From positions 212,490 through 276,489 of the forward strand of contig JAGOQR010000001.1 of NCBI GenBank assembly GCA_017991415.1: a stretch of 64,000 bases of DNA. Direction: 5' to 3'. A model generated the notes under the pieces. The model saw nothing but the letters and a program-made list of their open reading frames with translations. It did not search any database and was not told the origin of the DNA. The position numbers and the translations under genes are program-made. Below are positions 37,934 to 46,491 of the stretch, piece by piece. This stretch comes from Candidatus Magasanikiibacteriota bacterium (GTDB taxonomy: Bacteria > Patescibacteriota > Patescibacteriia > Magasanikbacterales > GWA2-37-8). Every line of letters starts with the position of its first letter. Within the stretch, counting starts at the first letter, position 1.

Positions 37934-38599
37934 TTACGAAGCTACAATTTGCCCATCAGACAAATGTATTATTCGCTCAGTCATATTACCATACTCTTGT
38001 TCGTGCGTTACCATAACAATGGTCTGCCCTTCTTTGTGTAACTCTAGAAATATTTTCATCACTATCAAACCTGTTTCACTATCCAAATTGGCGGTTGGCT
38101 CGTCGGCAAATAAAATTTTTGGCTTGTGAGCAATCGCTCTAGCAATAGAAACACGCTGCTGCTCCCCGCCAGAAAGTTGTCCGGGCACATTATCTTTTTT
38201 GTTTGCAAGCCCCATTTTTTCTAATGCTTCCATGGCAATTTTTCTAGCTTGCTTTTGGGAATATCCTTGCATGAGTAGCGGCACCATTGTATTTTCTATA
38301 GCAGTTAGTTCCGGCAAAATAGCATAATCTTGAAACACATACCCTAGCTCAATAAGCCTAAAATGCGCGCGCTGGCTAGAGGTGAGTTTATTTGTATCAA
38401 CTCCATTAAGTACAATAACGCCTTCATTTTGATGATCAAGCAAACCAAGCTGATACAAAAGCGTACTCTTACCAGCACCAGAACGACCCATAATAGAGAC
38501 GAATTCACCGTTGGCAATACTTAAATCTATTCCTCGTAAAATAGTGGTTTCTACCGTCCCATTGTAAAATTTTTTAATAATATTTTTTGCTTCAATCAT
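37934..38599 (-). CDS. ABC transporter ATP-binding protein (MacB/LolD type)
   Basis: 221 aa with GRSGAGKST, LSGGEQQRVSIARA and ILFADEPT. Confidence 0.85.
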   Translation of the reverse strand: MIEAKNIIKKFYNGTVETTILRGIDLSIANGEFVSIMGRSGAGKSTLLYQLGLLDHQNEGVIVLNGVDTNKLTSSQRAHFRLIELGYVFQDYAILPELTAIENTMVPLLMQGYSQKQARKIAMEALEKMGLANKKDNVPGQLSGGEQQRVSIARAIAHKPKILFADEPTANLDSETGLIVMKIFLELHKEGQTIVMVTHEQEYGNMTERIIHLSDGQIVAS

Positions 38600-38604
38600 A
38601 CTAT

Positions 38605-39876
38605 TTAATTTCTACCTAAAATTGAATCTAGTGTATTTTTTCTTATTACAAGCCAAGCAGGCAATAGCCCGGCCACTACAGCTGTACACATAATAACGCT
38701 TACTCGCACTGCTGTACCAACATATGGCGCCACCAGAATCCCATCAGAAAATGGAAAGTTAATTGGATGCACATCTATATACGGCTTTAAAAACCCATAT
38801 AAGATTGCAAGCCCAATGGTAATACCGAGGGCAGCATAAAATACAGAAAGCATGACGTACGAAATAATAATCGCTTTACCATCTACACCTACACCTTTAA
38901 GGATGCCGATAAATTTACGACGAGTAATGGCGTTGATAAAAATAACAATAAACAGTGTAATAGTGGCAACGATAAGACCAATACTACCAATAACATTTCC
39001 AAGCAACTCAAACGTAAAAGAAATATCTCTAAAAAATTTTCCTTGCGACTCTTCGGATGTTTGTACTGTAGCAAAGGTATCTACCGACTGGGCTAACAAC
39101 CTATTTTTAAATTCAAGCTCGGTGGTATTACCCACAGTTTTAATGGCAATTTCGTCAACATTATAATCGGGTCGGCCAGCAAACTGGCGCAGCTCCCTAT
39201 CAACCAAATAAATGCGGCGATTTACCTGATCTATTTTGCTTTTAATAATACCTTTGACTGTAAATTCTTTGGCAATACCGCCAAGGGTTATTTTTATTTT
39301 AGTACCAGGCACCACACCTTTAATAGTTTGTTCACCAGTAACATTGCCATTTAAAAATTCTTCTAACAGGCCGCTGCCGATTATAATTTGTCCATTATCA
39401 TCTGGCTCGAAATAATTACCAGCAATTAATAATGACGACAAATTGCTTAGTGAGTTTTCGTCAATAGAATTTATACCTGCCAAGATTGCTGCAGCTTGAT
39501 CGGGCAGCTCAGTTAAATTACTTCTATCTCTGTAATTTGCTTCTACAGTAGCTGCCTCTAAAATGCGGCCCGAAAAAGATTGTACACCCTCGGTAGCCTG
39601 GATAATTTTCAAAATTTGCGTAGAATTTTGAATAAACGCTTTATTAGGCAGACTTGTTAACAGGACATCACCGGAATATTGAGAAATATAGGCATTAGAA
39701 GATCCAGCAATTAAGCCAATAAGAATTCCATTTACCACAACTACATTAAGAAAGGTAAACGTCATCACCACAATGGTTAATGGCGTAGTCCAGCGGCTGC
39801 CACGTTTTAAATTAGACCAAGCCAAAAAATGACCAACACGAATAGAGATAAAAAACTTTTTTAACCAGAGAAACAT
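38605..39876 (-). CDS. ABC transporter permease, FtsX/MacB-like
   Basis: 423 aa. N-terminal TM, a large periplasmic domain and a C-terminal 3-TM FtsX domain. Confidence 0.75.
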   Translation of the reverse strand: MFLWLKKFFISIRVGHFLAWSNLKRGSRWTTPLTIVVMTFTFLNVVVVNGILIGLIAGSSNAYISQYSGDVLLTSLPNKAFIQNSTQILKIIQATEGVQSFSGRILEAATVEANYRDRSNLTELPDQAAAILAGINSIDENSLSNLSSLLIAGNYFEPDDNGQIIIGSGLLEEFLNGNVTGEQTIKGVVPGTKIKITLGGIAKEFTVKGIIKSKIDQVNRRIYLVDRELRQFAGRPDYNVDEIAIKTVGNTTELEFKNRLLAQSVDTFATVQTSEESQGKFFRDISFTFELLGNVIGSIGLIVATITLFIVIFINAITRRKFIGILKGVGVDGKAIIISYVMLSVFYAALGITIGLAILYGFLKPYIDVHPINFPFSDGILVAPYVGTAVRVSVIMCTAVVAGLLPAWLVIRKNTLDSILGRN

Positions 39877-39967
39877 ACAATATTATAGATAACAATTTTC
39901 TAGTGCTAGAATAACAAAAAAAGATGCTACTGACAACACAACAGCCGACAAAAATGGCTACTTAAAC

Positions 39968-40040
39968 AAAACAGGCACTTTCGTACCTGCTCATCCTAAA
40001 CTGCTTCATTTGTGGGATGAGGTTAGAAATTTTTTGACTA
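39968..40040. repeat. copy of the intergenic repeat (CTGCTTCATTTGTGGGATGAGGTTAGAAATTTTTTGAC)
   Basis: Lies between the ABC permease start and the EEP gene stop. Aligns to the GTGCTCCGTTTGTGGAACGATGTTAGAA consensus. Confidence 0.5.
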
Positions 40041-40068
40041 AAAACCCTCTAAATTAACCTTTGCATCA

Positions 40069-40872
40069 CTATACCTCAAATTCTAAAATAAGAGGTAGAT
40101 GGTCGGAAATTGACACATCCGGTACTGTAAGACTCTTTGCTTTAATACCAGCAGAGACAAAAGCATAGTCTGCAAACTCTTGCCAGCCGTTTGACCCAGT
40201 ACCATAATGAGGATATAATTTTTTATGAAGGCTTCCGCGTGTAGTTTTTATAGAAAATTCTTTAATTAAATTAAGAAAACCTGCTCTTTCAAACATAGCA
40301 ATACTTTCGGTATCAGGTAAAAGATTAAAATCTCCAACAATAATCTTTTCACCCGATTGTTCATTAATAAAATCAAGAATCTTTTGTGATTGAGCTAAAC
40401 GTTCTGGACTGTCTAATTTATTACCAGGCTCAGATACACCATGGACATTACAAACAGTAAGCTGCTTACCGTTAAGTAAAAACTGCACCCAATGCAAGTT
40501 AGCAGGAAAAGATTCAAAATCATTTAAAATAAATGAATTTAGACTATTACAAACAAAGAACTCACCTGTTTTATTAACAGTAATTTTTTGATTTACAAAA
40601 GTAGCCACTCCTGTATCTACCTCTTCTCGAACTATAGTAGTTTGATCAAAATGTTCCTGTGCAATAGCAAAAAAACTCTGCGATTTTTCTAATCTTTTTT
40701 TAAACTCATCAAAAAGATTAGCTTTGGCACCATTACTTATAAACGACCCTTTAGAAGTACGTAAAACTTCTTGGAAACAAAATATGTCAGTATCACTGGC
40801 ATTTGCTTTAATAAAAGCTACAAGTGGGTCAAAAATCTTACCACCGTAGGTATTTAATGAAATAATCTTCAT
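40069..40872 (-). CDS. endonuclease/exonuclease/phosphatase (EEP) family protein
   Basis: 267 aa with EEP catalytic motifs (N-terminal ...IISLNTYGG...FCFQE; C-terminal SDHLPL). Confidence 0.6.
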   Translation of the reverse strand: MKIISLNTYGGKIFDPLVAFIKANASDTDIFCFQEVLRTSKGSFISNGAKANLFDEFKKRLEKSQSFFAIAQEHFDQTTIVREEVDTGVATFVNQKITVNKTGEFFVCNSLNSFILNDFESFPANLHWVQFLLNGKQLTVCNVHGVSEPGNKLDSPERLAQSQKILDFINEQSGEKIIVGDFNLLPDTESIAMFERAGFLNLIKEFSIKTTRGSLHKKLYPHYGTGSNGWQEFADYAFVSAGIKAKSLTVPDVSISDHLPLILEFEV

Positions 40873-40962
40873 ACTTTAAAGCTCGATATTAATTACAGAT
40901 CTTATTCTATCTTCTTCGCTAATTGTAGTCAATCATGCTCCAAAACTTAGAGCTGGCACATA

Positions 40963-41026
40963 AAATAACCACTTGGTTAAGTGGTTATTTTATGTGCTCC
41001 ACGGATTATGTCTTTTCCGAACTTTT
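40963..41026. repeat. diverged copy of the intergenic repeat (AAATAACCACTTGGTTAAGTGGTTATTT hairpin plus TATGTGCTCCACGGATTATG...)
   Basis: Same two-part architecture (terminator-like hairpin followed by TATGTGCTCC...). Between the EEP and HAD genes. Confidence 0.45.
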
Positions 41027-41047
41027 CAAAATTTATCAAAAACTACT

Positions 41048-41656
41048 TTACTCTAAACTAACATCTATACACCTAAGGTAATCGCCAAAGCTAGCAGCAT
41101 CAGTATACACATAGCCACCTATACCTAACTTAATTGCGGTTTTTACATTGGCCTCTGCATCATCAATAAATATTGCTTCTTCAGGTTTTACATTTAGTTT
41201 CTGTAACGCGTGTAAATAGATATCATCCTCTGGTTTTATCATTCCTACTATAGAAGAAATTACTATTTCGTCAAATAGACTTTTAAAATCAGGATATGTA
41301 GGAAAAACCTTTCGATCAAAGAAGGTATGATTGGCATTAGAAAGTAATCCTACTTTAAAATCTTGTTTTCTAAGGTTTTGTATTATGCGTACTAAATTAT
41401 GATCTATCTCTAAATAGCTATCAATTTCATTTCTAAGATCTTCTTTAGATAGCGTTACTATATCGTAATTCAAAAAGTAATCTAACAGATTATCTTCAGA
41501 TAATTGACCAAGATCAAATTTTTTTAACGTACTTTCTAAATTTTCATCAACTAGTCCGTACTTTTCTCGTTTATCCTTGTGCCAACCACCAATAAAAGGC
41601 TTAAGAATAACACCGAAGCAATCGAATATGAAGGTGTTAATTTTTTGATTTTGCAT
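41048..41656 (-). CDS. HAD-superfamily hydrolase
   Basis: 202 aa. Motif I FIFDCFGV and motif IV-like FIDDAEANV. Confidence 0.65.
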   Translation of the reverse strand: MQNQKINTFIFDCFGVILKPFIGGWHKDKREKYGLVDENLESTLKKFDLGQLSEDNLLDYFLNYDIVTLSKEDLRNEIDSYLEIDHNLVRIIQNLRKQDFKVGLLSNANHTFFDRKVFPTYPDFKSLFDEIVISSIVGMIKPEDDIYLHALQKLNVKPEEAIFIDDAEANVKTAIKLGIGGYVYTDAASFGDYLRCIDVSLE

Positions 41657-41873
41657 ATTAAATCTGCCAGATGATTAAGTAATTATTTTCAATGATTTCC
41701 AAGCTTAAACATGAAGAATAAAAAATTACAATTCCTTCTGGATTTGCTCCCACGCTTGTTTAAATATACTCATAGATATTTATTGTTAGCACAGAATTGA
41801 TCTTATCGTCAATATTATACACCAATGTAGATTGGTGACACAAACTTATCTATCTGCACAAGTTTATAGCGCA

Positions 41874-42395
41874 CTAAACAGACCCATCAACACCCCAATT
41901 CTCACTAGCTACAAAACATTTTATATTGTTATCAATAAGAAGTTTGTAAAAACTTTCTACATGTCTTTGACCACAGATAAAGATGGCTCGGTCATCAGTC
42001 TCTTCCCTAATTTTTTCTAACCAATAAAGCTCCCTGAGCTTAAAATCCTCTTTTTCAATTTTACTTATATCATCTTGTCTATAATACTTATTACCAGGTA
42101 TGCCAAGCTTATGTATAATAGTTTTAGTATCAGCTTCAATCAACTTTCTTTCTTCTTTTCCTGGATCGCAAAATTTATGCCTGACATTCTTTTTTTTAGC
42201 CACCGTTTTTGTAAGACTAGCAGTTGCGCGCCATACCGACAACGCTTCTTCACTGAACTCCTCAGCAACTAGTGTTGCACCGAATCTGTCAATGAGCTCA
42301 CCTAAATATTTAGCGAAGCTATTATTTAAATCAGGGTCGCTGCTGTCGTTTATAAATTGGACTTTATGATTCACTCCAATCAGATACACAATCAT
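41874..42395 (-). CDS. hypothetical protein
   Basis: 173 aa, soluble, no recognisable domain. Confidence 0.3.
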   Translation of the reverse strand: MIVYLIGVNHKVQFINDSSDPDLNNSFAKYLGELIDRFGATLVAEEFSEEALSVWRATASLTKTVAKKKNVRHKFCDPGKEERKLIEADTKTIIHKLGIPGNKYYRQDDISKIEKEDFKLRELYWLEKIREETDDRAIFICGQRHVESFYKLLIDNNIKCFVASENWGVDGSV

Positions 42396-42420
42396 ACTAA
42401 TATCTAAATCTTTTTAACAA

Positions 42421-42466
42421 GTTTTGGATATGCAATCCGTTTATGGGATGATGTTCAAACTTTTTT
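42421..42466. repeat. copy of the intergenic repeat core (GATATGCAATCCGTTTATGGGATGATGTTCAAACTTTTTT)
   Basis: Abuts or overlaps the stop codon of the gene at 42469-43122. Confidence 0.5.
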
Positions 42467-42468
42467 AT

Positions 42469-43122
42469 TTACAAATCAAAACTCTTAACTACTCGTGTTG
42501 CTACATACTTTCTATTTTCCAAAATCAACTTAGATGGCTTTAATTCGGGGTTAATTCTCAGCAAATTCATTATAAGAAAATAGCCTATATTATACCCAGC
42601 AGATTGAGGGATCTTTTTTTCTTTTGAGCCGTAAAACCAATCATCATAACTATATTCTTTGAAAAAGAATTCTTTTTTTGCTTTTTTTAATACTCGCTTT
42701 AACTCTACAGCGCTTAGCCATGCAAAACTATTGGAATAACCTGCCCCTGTAATTTCTGCTTCAAAATGGCTAGCAAGACCTTCTTCAATAAACTCATCAA
42801 GTAAAACTGTCCCGTCCTTTACTTTTTGCGCATGTGTTGTGTGGTATAATTCGTGAGCCAAAGTTCTTAAGAAATTCATATACAAATGTTTCTGGAACTG
42901 TTTTGACTGTGCGTTTAAACGAATATTTATTCCATACTTACCATGTGTTTCACCACTCATCTCACCAAACTCAAGATCATGTTCAATAACAATATCAACA
43001 TCAGATACTGGTATATATTTGGAAATAACACGGATAGCTTTATGTGCTGTATCGAAAATTATTTTTTTATGAGGCTGCAACACTGGATCGTTGGTCAATA
43101 CATGGATATTTATATTTTTCAT
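42469..43122 (-). CDS. putative Zn-dependent protease (HExxH; DUF2268-like)
   Basis: 217 aa with a HELYH zinc-binding motif (LAHELYHTTHAQK). Confidence 0.45.
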   Translation of the reverse strand: MKNINIHVLTNDPVLQPHKKIIFDTAHKAIRVISKYIPVSDVDIVIEHDLEFGEMSGETHGKYGINIRLNAQSKQFQKHLYMNFLRTLAHELYHTTHAQKVKDGTVLLDEFIEEGLASHFEAEITGAGYSNSFAWLSAVELKRVLKKAKKEFFFKEYSYDDWFYGSKEKKIPQSAGYNIGYFLIMNLLRINPELKPSKLILENRKYVATRVVKSFDL

Positions 43123-43187
43123 AAGCTATTATTTTATAATAGCCAAAGAATATCATAAAACATGCTTTCTAGCTATAGCTAGAAACA

Positions 43188-43256
43188 AAACCAAAAAACA
43201 CATGGTTAGGAGGGAATGATATGTGCTCCGTTTGTGGAGCGATGTTAGAACTTGTT
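43188..43256. repeat. copy of the intergenic repeat (degenerate hairpin plus TATGTGCTCCGTTTGTGGAGCGATGTTAGAACTTGTT)
   Basis: 6 nt after the stop of the lipase-like gene. Adjacent to a perfect palindrome TTTCTAGCTATAGCTAGAAA at 43164-43184. Confidence 0.55.
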
Positions 43257-43266
43257 TAGCTAAAAT

Positions 43267-43989
43267 CTAAAATTGTCCTATATTTAAAAATTTTGTGATG
43301 GCGCTAATTACTTCATCTCCATTCATTATCCATGTATGCTCTCGTTCCACAACAAGAAAATCCTTCATATTCTCTAGTGCCGTTCTCTCTTGAGAAACTT
43401 TTTCATCATATTTTCCAGCTATTATTCCCACATCATAGTTTGGTAAAGGAAGCTTATTTACAAAGCTATTTTCATTTGTAGTCAGCTCTCTTAATGCCGG
43501 GCCCATAAAAAAATTCACAAATCGGTTATTAGCCCACTTATCAGCAGTTTCACTCCCTTTATTTGGCGGGGCAAGCATTACAACTCTGTGCAAATTTTCT
43601 ACTTCGTTAGTAGCCAGATAATATCGCACCATCACCCCTCCCATTGAATGGGTTACAAAATTTATTTTCCTGTCTTTATCTGTATATTTTTTATCCAGCT
43701 CATTAATTAAATCTTTTTTAACAAGATTTTCTATCGTATCACTCCTTGATGCATAGTTGAAATTTATTACTCTATATCCCTTTCTACTAAGAGACGTTGC
43801 AAGTTTTTGCATTGAAAAGGACGTCCTTCCAAGGCCATGTAAAAGCACTACGTACTCCCCCTTATTGTCTGTAAGCGATTTTGAAACAGCATGGGTTTCA
43901 TAAAAAAGAAAAACACCTAAAAATAGGACAGTGATTACAATTATATAAAATAAATACCGTAAAATTTTCTTCATATAAATATTCCACAT
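43267..43989 (-). CDS. alpha/beta-hydrolase (lipase/esterase-like, PGAP1-type)
   Basis: 240 aa with N-terminal TM and a nucleophile elbow THSMGG (GxSxG). Confidence 0.6.
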   Translation of the reverse strand: MWNIYMKKILRYLFYIIVITVLFLGVFLFYETHAVSKSLTDNKGEYVVLLHGLGRTSFSMQKLATSLSRKGYRVINFNYASRSDTIENLVKKDLINELDKKYTDKDRKINFVTHSMGGVMVRYYLATNEVENLHRVVMLAPPNKGSETADKWANNRFVNFFMGPALRELTTNENSFVNKLPLPNYDVGIIAGKYDEKVSQERTALENMKDFLVVEREHTWIMNGDEVISAITKFLNIGQF

Positions 43990-44050
43990 ATAACAATATC
44001 ATACATGGTAAATGAAAACAAAATCTAATTATAAAAATAAGACTTGTTTT

Positions 44051-44090
44051 ATCGCTCCGCTGTCTAGACAAAATTAGAACTGATTTTATT
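44051..44090. repeat. degenerate copy of the intergenic repeat (ATCGCTCCGCTGTCTAGACAAAATTAGAACTGATTTT)
   Basis: Shares GCTCCG...TTAGAACT with the consensus. Immediately upstream of the island C promoter. Confidence 0.35.
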
Positions 44091-44150
44091 CACAATAGAT
44101 ATGATATAAACTTTATTATCTAAAAAACGCCGCTTGCCCAACACATTACA

Positions 44151-44179
44151 TTGACAGTCCGTTCTTTTTATGCTACACT
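44151..44179 (+). promoter_or_regulatory. consensus sigma-70 promoter TTGACA-N17-TACACT
   Basis: TTGACA at 44151-44156, 17-nt spacer, TACACT at 44174-44179. About 115-nt leader. SD GGAGAG 6 nt before the ATG at 44293. Confidence 0.5.
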
Positions 44180-44292
44180 CATCGGCTATATTGGTTCAGG
44201 TTCTATATCGATGTCTGTGGCGAATACCACGGAAATCGGTAGGGGTCTGACCCCTAACTACTCGACCACACATCAACATCGGAGAGATCGTC

Positions 44293-44850
44293 ATGGTGAA
44301 TACCTGCCGCAGCTTCGGCTGCATCCTGCTGGCCCTGGTCATCCTTGGTGGCTGCGGCTCGACCGACAAGCCGACCCCAATCTGCGCCCTCATCAGCGTC
44401 AACCCCAACACGCCGATGGGTAGCCAGATCGGACCCGGCGGCACGTGGGATCCGAAGGGAGAGGCCCAGACGGTCCTAGCCTTCACAATGTTCAGGGTGG
44501 ACGGCGAGGGCTGCCAAACGGCAACTTTCACCGGTCTACCCATGAGGGTTGACCCGAACACAAGCCAGTTCGTGATCGGCCGAAACTTCAGACTCGTCAG
44601 CGAACTGAATGGCCGCCTCGTCGATATCTCGGTCGGCACAATCATGAGCGACGGGAAACTCAACGTGAAACTCCAAACGAGAGAAAATCTCGAAAAAGGC
44701 AGCCGCTACTTTCAACTGCACCTGGACACGAGCAGCGCGCAACGTGGCGACAAGCTCGCTATCATCAGTGGCGCCGTCGAGTACGAGATCAGCGGGAAGA
44801 AGTTCACTTCGTACCAGCTGTGGTACGCGCCGCCACCGATCGAATACTGA
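44293..44850 (+). CDS. lipoprotein of unknown function encoded by high-GC island C (foreign composition)
   Basis: 185 aa. Signal peptide plus lipobox LVILGG|CGS. About 60% GC with GC3-rich codons. No recognisable domain. Confidence 0.5.
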   Translation: MVNTCRSFGCILLALVILGGCGSTDKPTPICALISVNPNTPMGSQIGPGGTWDPKGEAQTVLAFTMFRVDGEGCQTATFTGLPMRVDPNTSQFVIGRNFRLVSELNGRLVDISVGTIMSDGKLNVKLQTRENLEKGSRYFQLHLDTSSAQRGDKLAIISGAVEYEISGKKFTSYQLWYAPPPIEY

Positions 44851-44870
44851 TCAGACCACAAGGTCAGATC

Positions 44871-44923
44871 AACTGAACGGCTCGGATTCGCTCACGCGAC
44901 CGAGACGGTCAGACTTCATCCGA
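44871..44923 (+). terminator. 15-bp perfect inverted repeat (CTGAACGGCTCGGAT ... ATCCGAGCCGTTCAG) 3' of the island C gene
   Basis: GC-rich stem with a 23-nt loop. No immediate T-run. The AT-rich repeat terminator follows at about 45085-45112. Confidence 0.4.
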
Positions 44924-45029
44924 GCCGTTCAGATAGTGCAGTAATTTCTTGCTACATTATCTGAGCTCGGATGTTATAAATAACATAAATTTAAAAACAA
45001 CCTTTTAACAGATGGTTGTTTTTATTTTA

Positions 45030-45145
45030 AAAAATACAAATAAATAAAATTCGAACATCCAATAAACGTCAATTCAAAAACCCGCATGGTTAGCGGGTTT
45101 TGGATTTATGCTCCGTTTGTGGAACGATGTTAGAAATTTTCTCAA
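45030..45145. repeat. full-length copy of the tRNA-Asn-flank-derived repeat (AAAACCCGCATGGTTAGCGGGTTTT hairpin plus GATTTATGCTCCGTTTGTGGAACGATGTTAGAAATTTT)
   Basis: Hairpin identical to that 3' of tRNA-Asn. The flanks also match the tRNA downstream flank (GAATTGACGTTTATTGG... vs GTATTGACCTTTACAAGG...). Confidence 0.65.
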
Positions 45146-45153
45146 CCCAATTA

Positions 45154-45963
45154 CTAAGAATGTCGCAATATCATTCTTACCTCAGGCATAGTCTTACCTG
45201 AGGGCAGCTTTGCTAAATCTTCCACTGGAGGCTCTCCTATCTTTTCAAAACCCATTTTCTCATAAATAGTAATGGCTTTATCATTGTACGTCACAACATC
45301 CAAAACAATATTCTTATCTGAACCTAACCAGTCTACACCTTGTTTTATCAGTTGTTTGCCTATGCCCCGCCCTTGATATTCTGGCGACACATAGACAGCG
45401 CCAAGCTTGTTTTCTTTATCTCCTTTTTCTAATGAGATAAAGGCAACAACTGCATTTCCATCTTTAACAACTTCAACTCTATTTTCCTGCTCCAAAAGAA
45501 ACTTCTTCCAACGCGCAAGACGTTCAGGGCCAGTAAAATCTTTTGCTAGAATTTCCTCAGTAGTTATGTCATACTCCTTATTTACGTATGTTGCAAGCCA
45601 GCCAGCTTTCTGCACTTCCATAATACCTGGGATATCATCAAAGGCTGCTTCTTGTATCTGGAAATTTCTTTTATTTCTCAATCGCTTGTATGCGAGAACT
45701 ATTAGATTTAGCAGAAGAAAATAGAAAAGTGTGTTACCGAGAAATGGTAATAAATAGAAATGATCTTCTGGAGGACCCAACATACCTACTATTGATGAAC
45801 AACAATTATCCCTTAGAAATATGAACGGAAAACCGCCTTGAGGTATAGAACTATCACCTTGATATGAAGTTTCGTGAGTAAATGAAACGTAGGCTATAAT
45901 TAGAGAGACTACAATTAAACCAAATTGTTTAAAGATTTTTTTCATATTTAAGCATTTACACAC
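45154..45963 (-). CDS. GNAT-family acetyltransferase with N-terminal membrane segment
   Basis: 269 aa. C-terminal GNAT fold (QGRGIGKQLIKQGVDWL...). Confidence 0.6.
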   Translation of the reverse strand: MCKCLNMKKIFKQFGLIVVSLIIAYVSFTHETSYQGDSSIPQGGFPFIFLRDNCCSSIVGMLGPPEDHFYLLPFLGNTLFYFLLLNLIVLAYKRLRNKRNFQIQEAAFDDIPGIMEVQKAGWLATYVNKEYDITTEEILAKDFTGPERLARWKKFLLEQENRVEVVKDGNAVVAFISLEKGDKENKLGAVYVSPEYQGRGIGKQLIKQGVDWLGSDKNIVLDVVTYNDKAITIYEKMGFEKIGEPPVEDLAKLPSGKTMPEVRMILRHS

Positions 45964-45964
45964 T

Positions 45965-46354
45965 TTACCTTGGATACTTTTCTACCAATTCTAAGGTATA
46001 CACTTTTGCCCTAATCGTTTTCTGTTGTGCCTGGAATGCTTTTACCAACCGGTGAACACCATCAATAACCAACCATTTGTCATTTTTGTTTAGTAGAAGA
46101 ATAGGAAATTGCAGGTCTGCCTGCTTAACTCGTTCTTGGTGGATACTACTCCCTTCAACTTTATTAATAACATCCCAAGGAGTTAAGTTCCAATCGTCAG
46201 TGCCGTCTTTTTCCCAAAGCGGTAGATCAAAATTCCAGATTAGTTTATCTATGTCAAAATCTACGATTGGCAAATCTAGCTCTCGTAATTTTACGGTATC
46301 ACAATAAATTTCATAACCAGCGTCAGTGAGGATTTTATATTTTTCATTTATCAT
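45965..46354 (-). CDS. hypothetical protein
   Basis: About 129 aa. The track ORF begins with a non-ATG codon; the first ATG is MINEKYKI. No domain recognised. Confidence 0.3.
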   Translation of the reverse strand: MINEKYKILTDAGYEIYCDTVKLRELDLPIVDFDIDKLIWNFDLPLWEKDGTDDWNLTPWDVINKVEGSSIHQERVKQADLQFPILLLNKNDKWLVIDGVHRLVKAFQAQQKTIRAKVYTLELVEKYPR

Positions 46355-46372
46355 ACCATTTAATCTTATCAA

Positions 46373-46470
46373 AGGTTCGAGCGTCTCGTAAAGGTCAATT
46401 CAAAAACCCGCATGAATAGCGGGTTTTAGATATGTGCTCCGTTTATGGAACGATGTTAAGACTTGTTGAA
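46373..46470. repeat. full-length copy of the tRNA-Asn-flank-derived repeat (AAAACCCGCATGAATAGCGGGTTTT hairpin plus GATATGTGCTCCGTTTATGGAACGATGTTAAGACTTGTT)
   Basis: Near-identical to the tRNA-Asn 3' flank over about 100 nt, including GAATTGACCTTTACGAGACGCTCGAACCTTTGAT vs GTATTGACCTTTACAAGGCGTTAGAACCTTTTGT. Confidence 0.65.
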
Positions 46471-46491
46471 TTGTTAAAAACAAGATAAAAA

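Noticed and set aside
44151-44944. ORFs 44151-44423(+), 44196-44663(-), 44536-44742(-) and 44744-44944(+) in island C
   Set aside because: Overlapping or antisense frames in GC-rich DNA. The lipoprotein frame (44293-44850) is the only one with an SD, a start codon and a signal peptide/lipobox.
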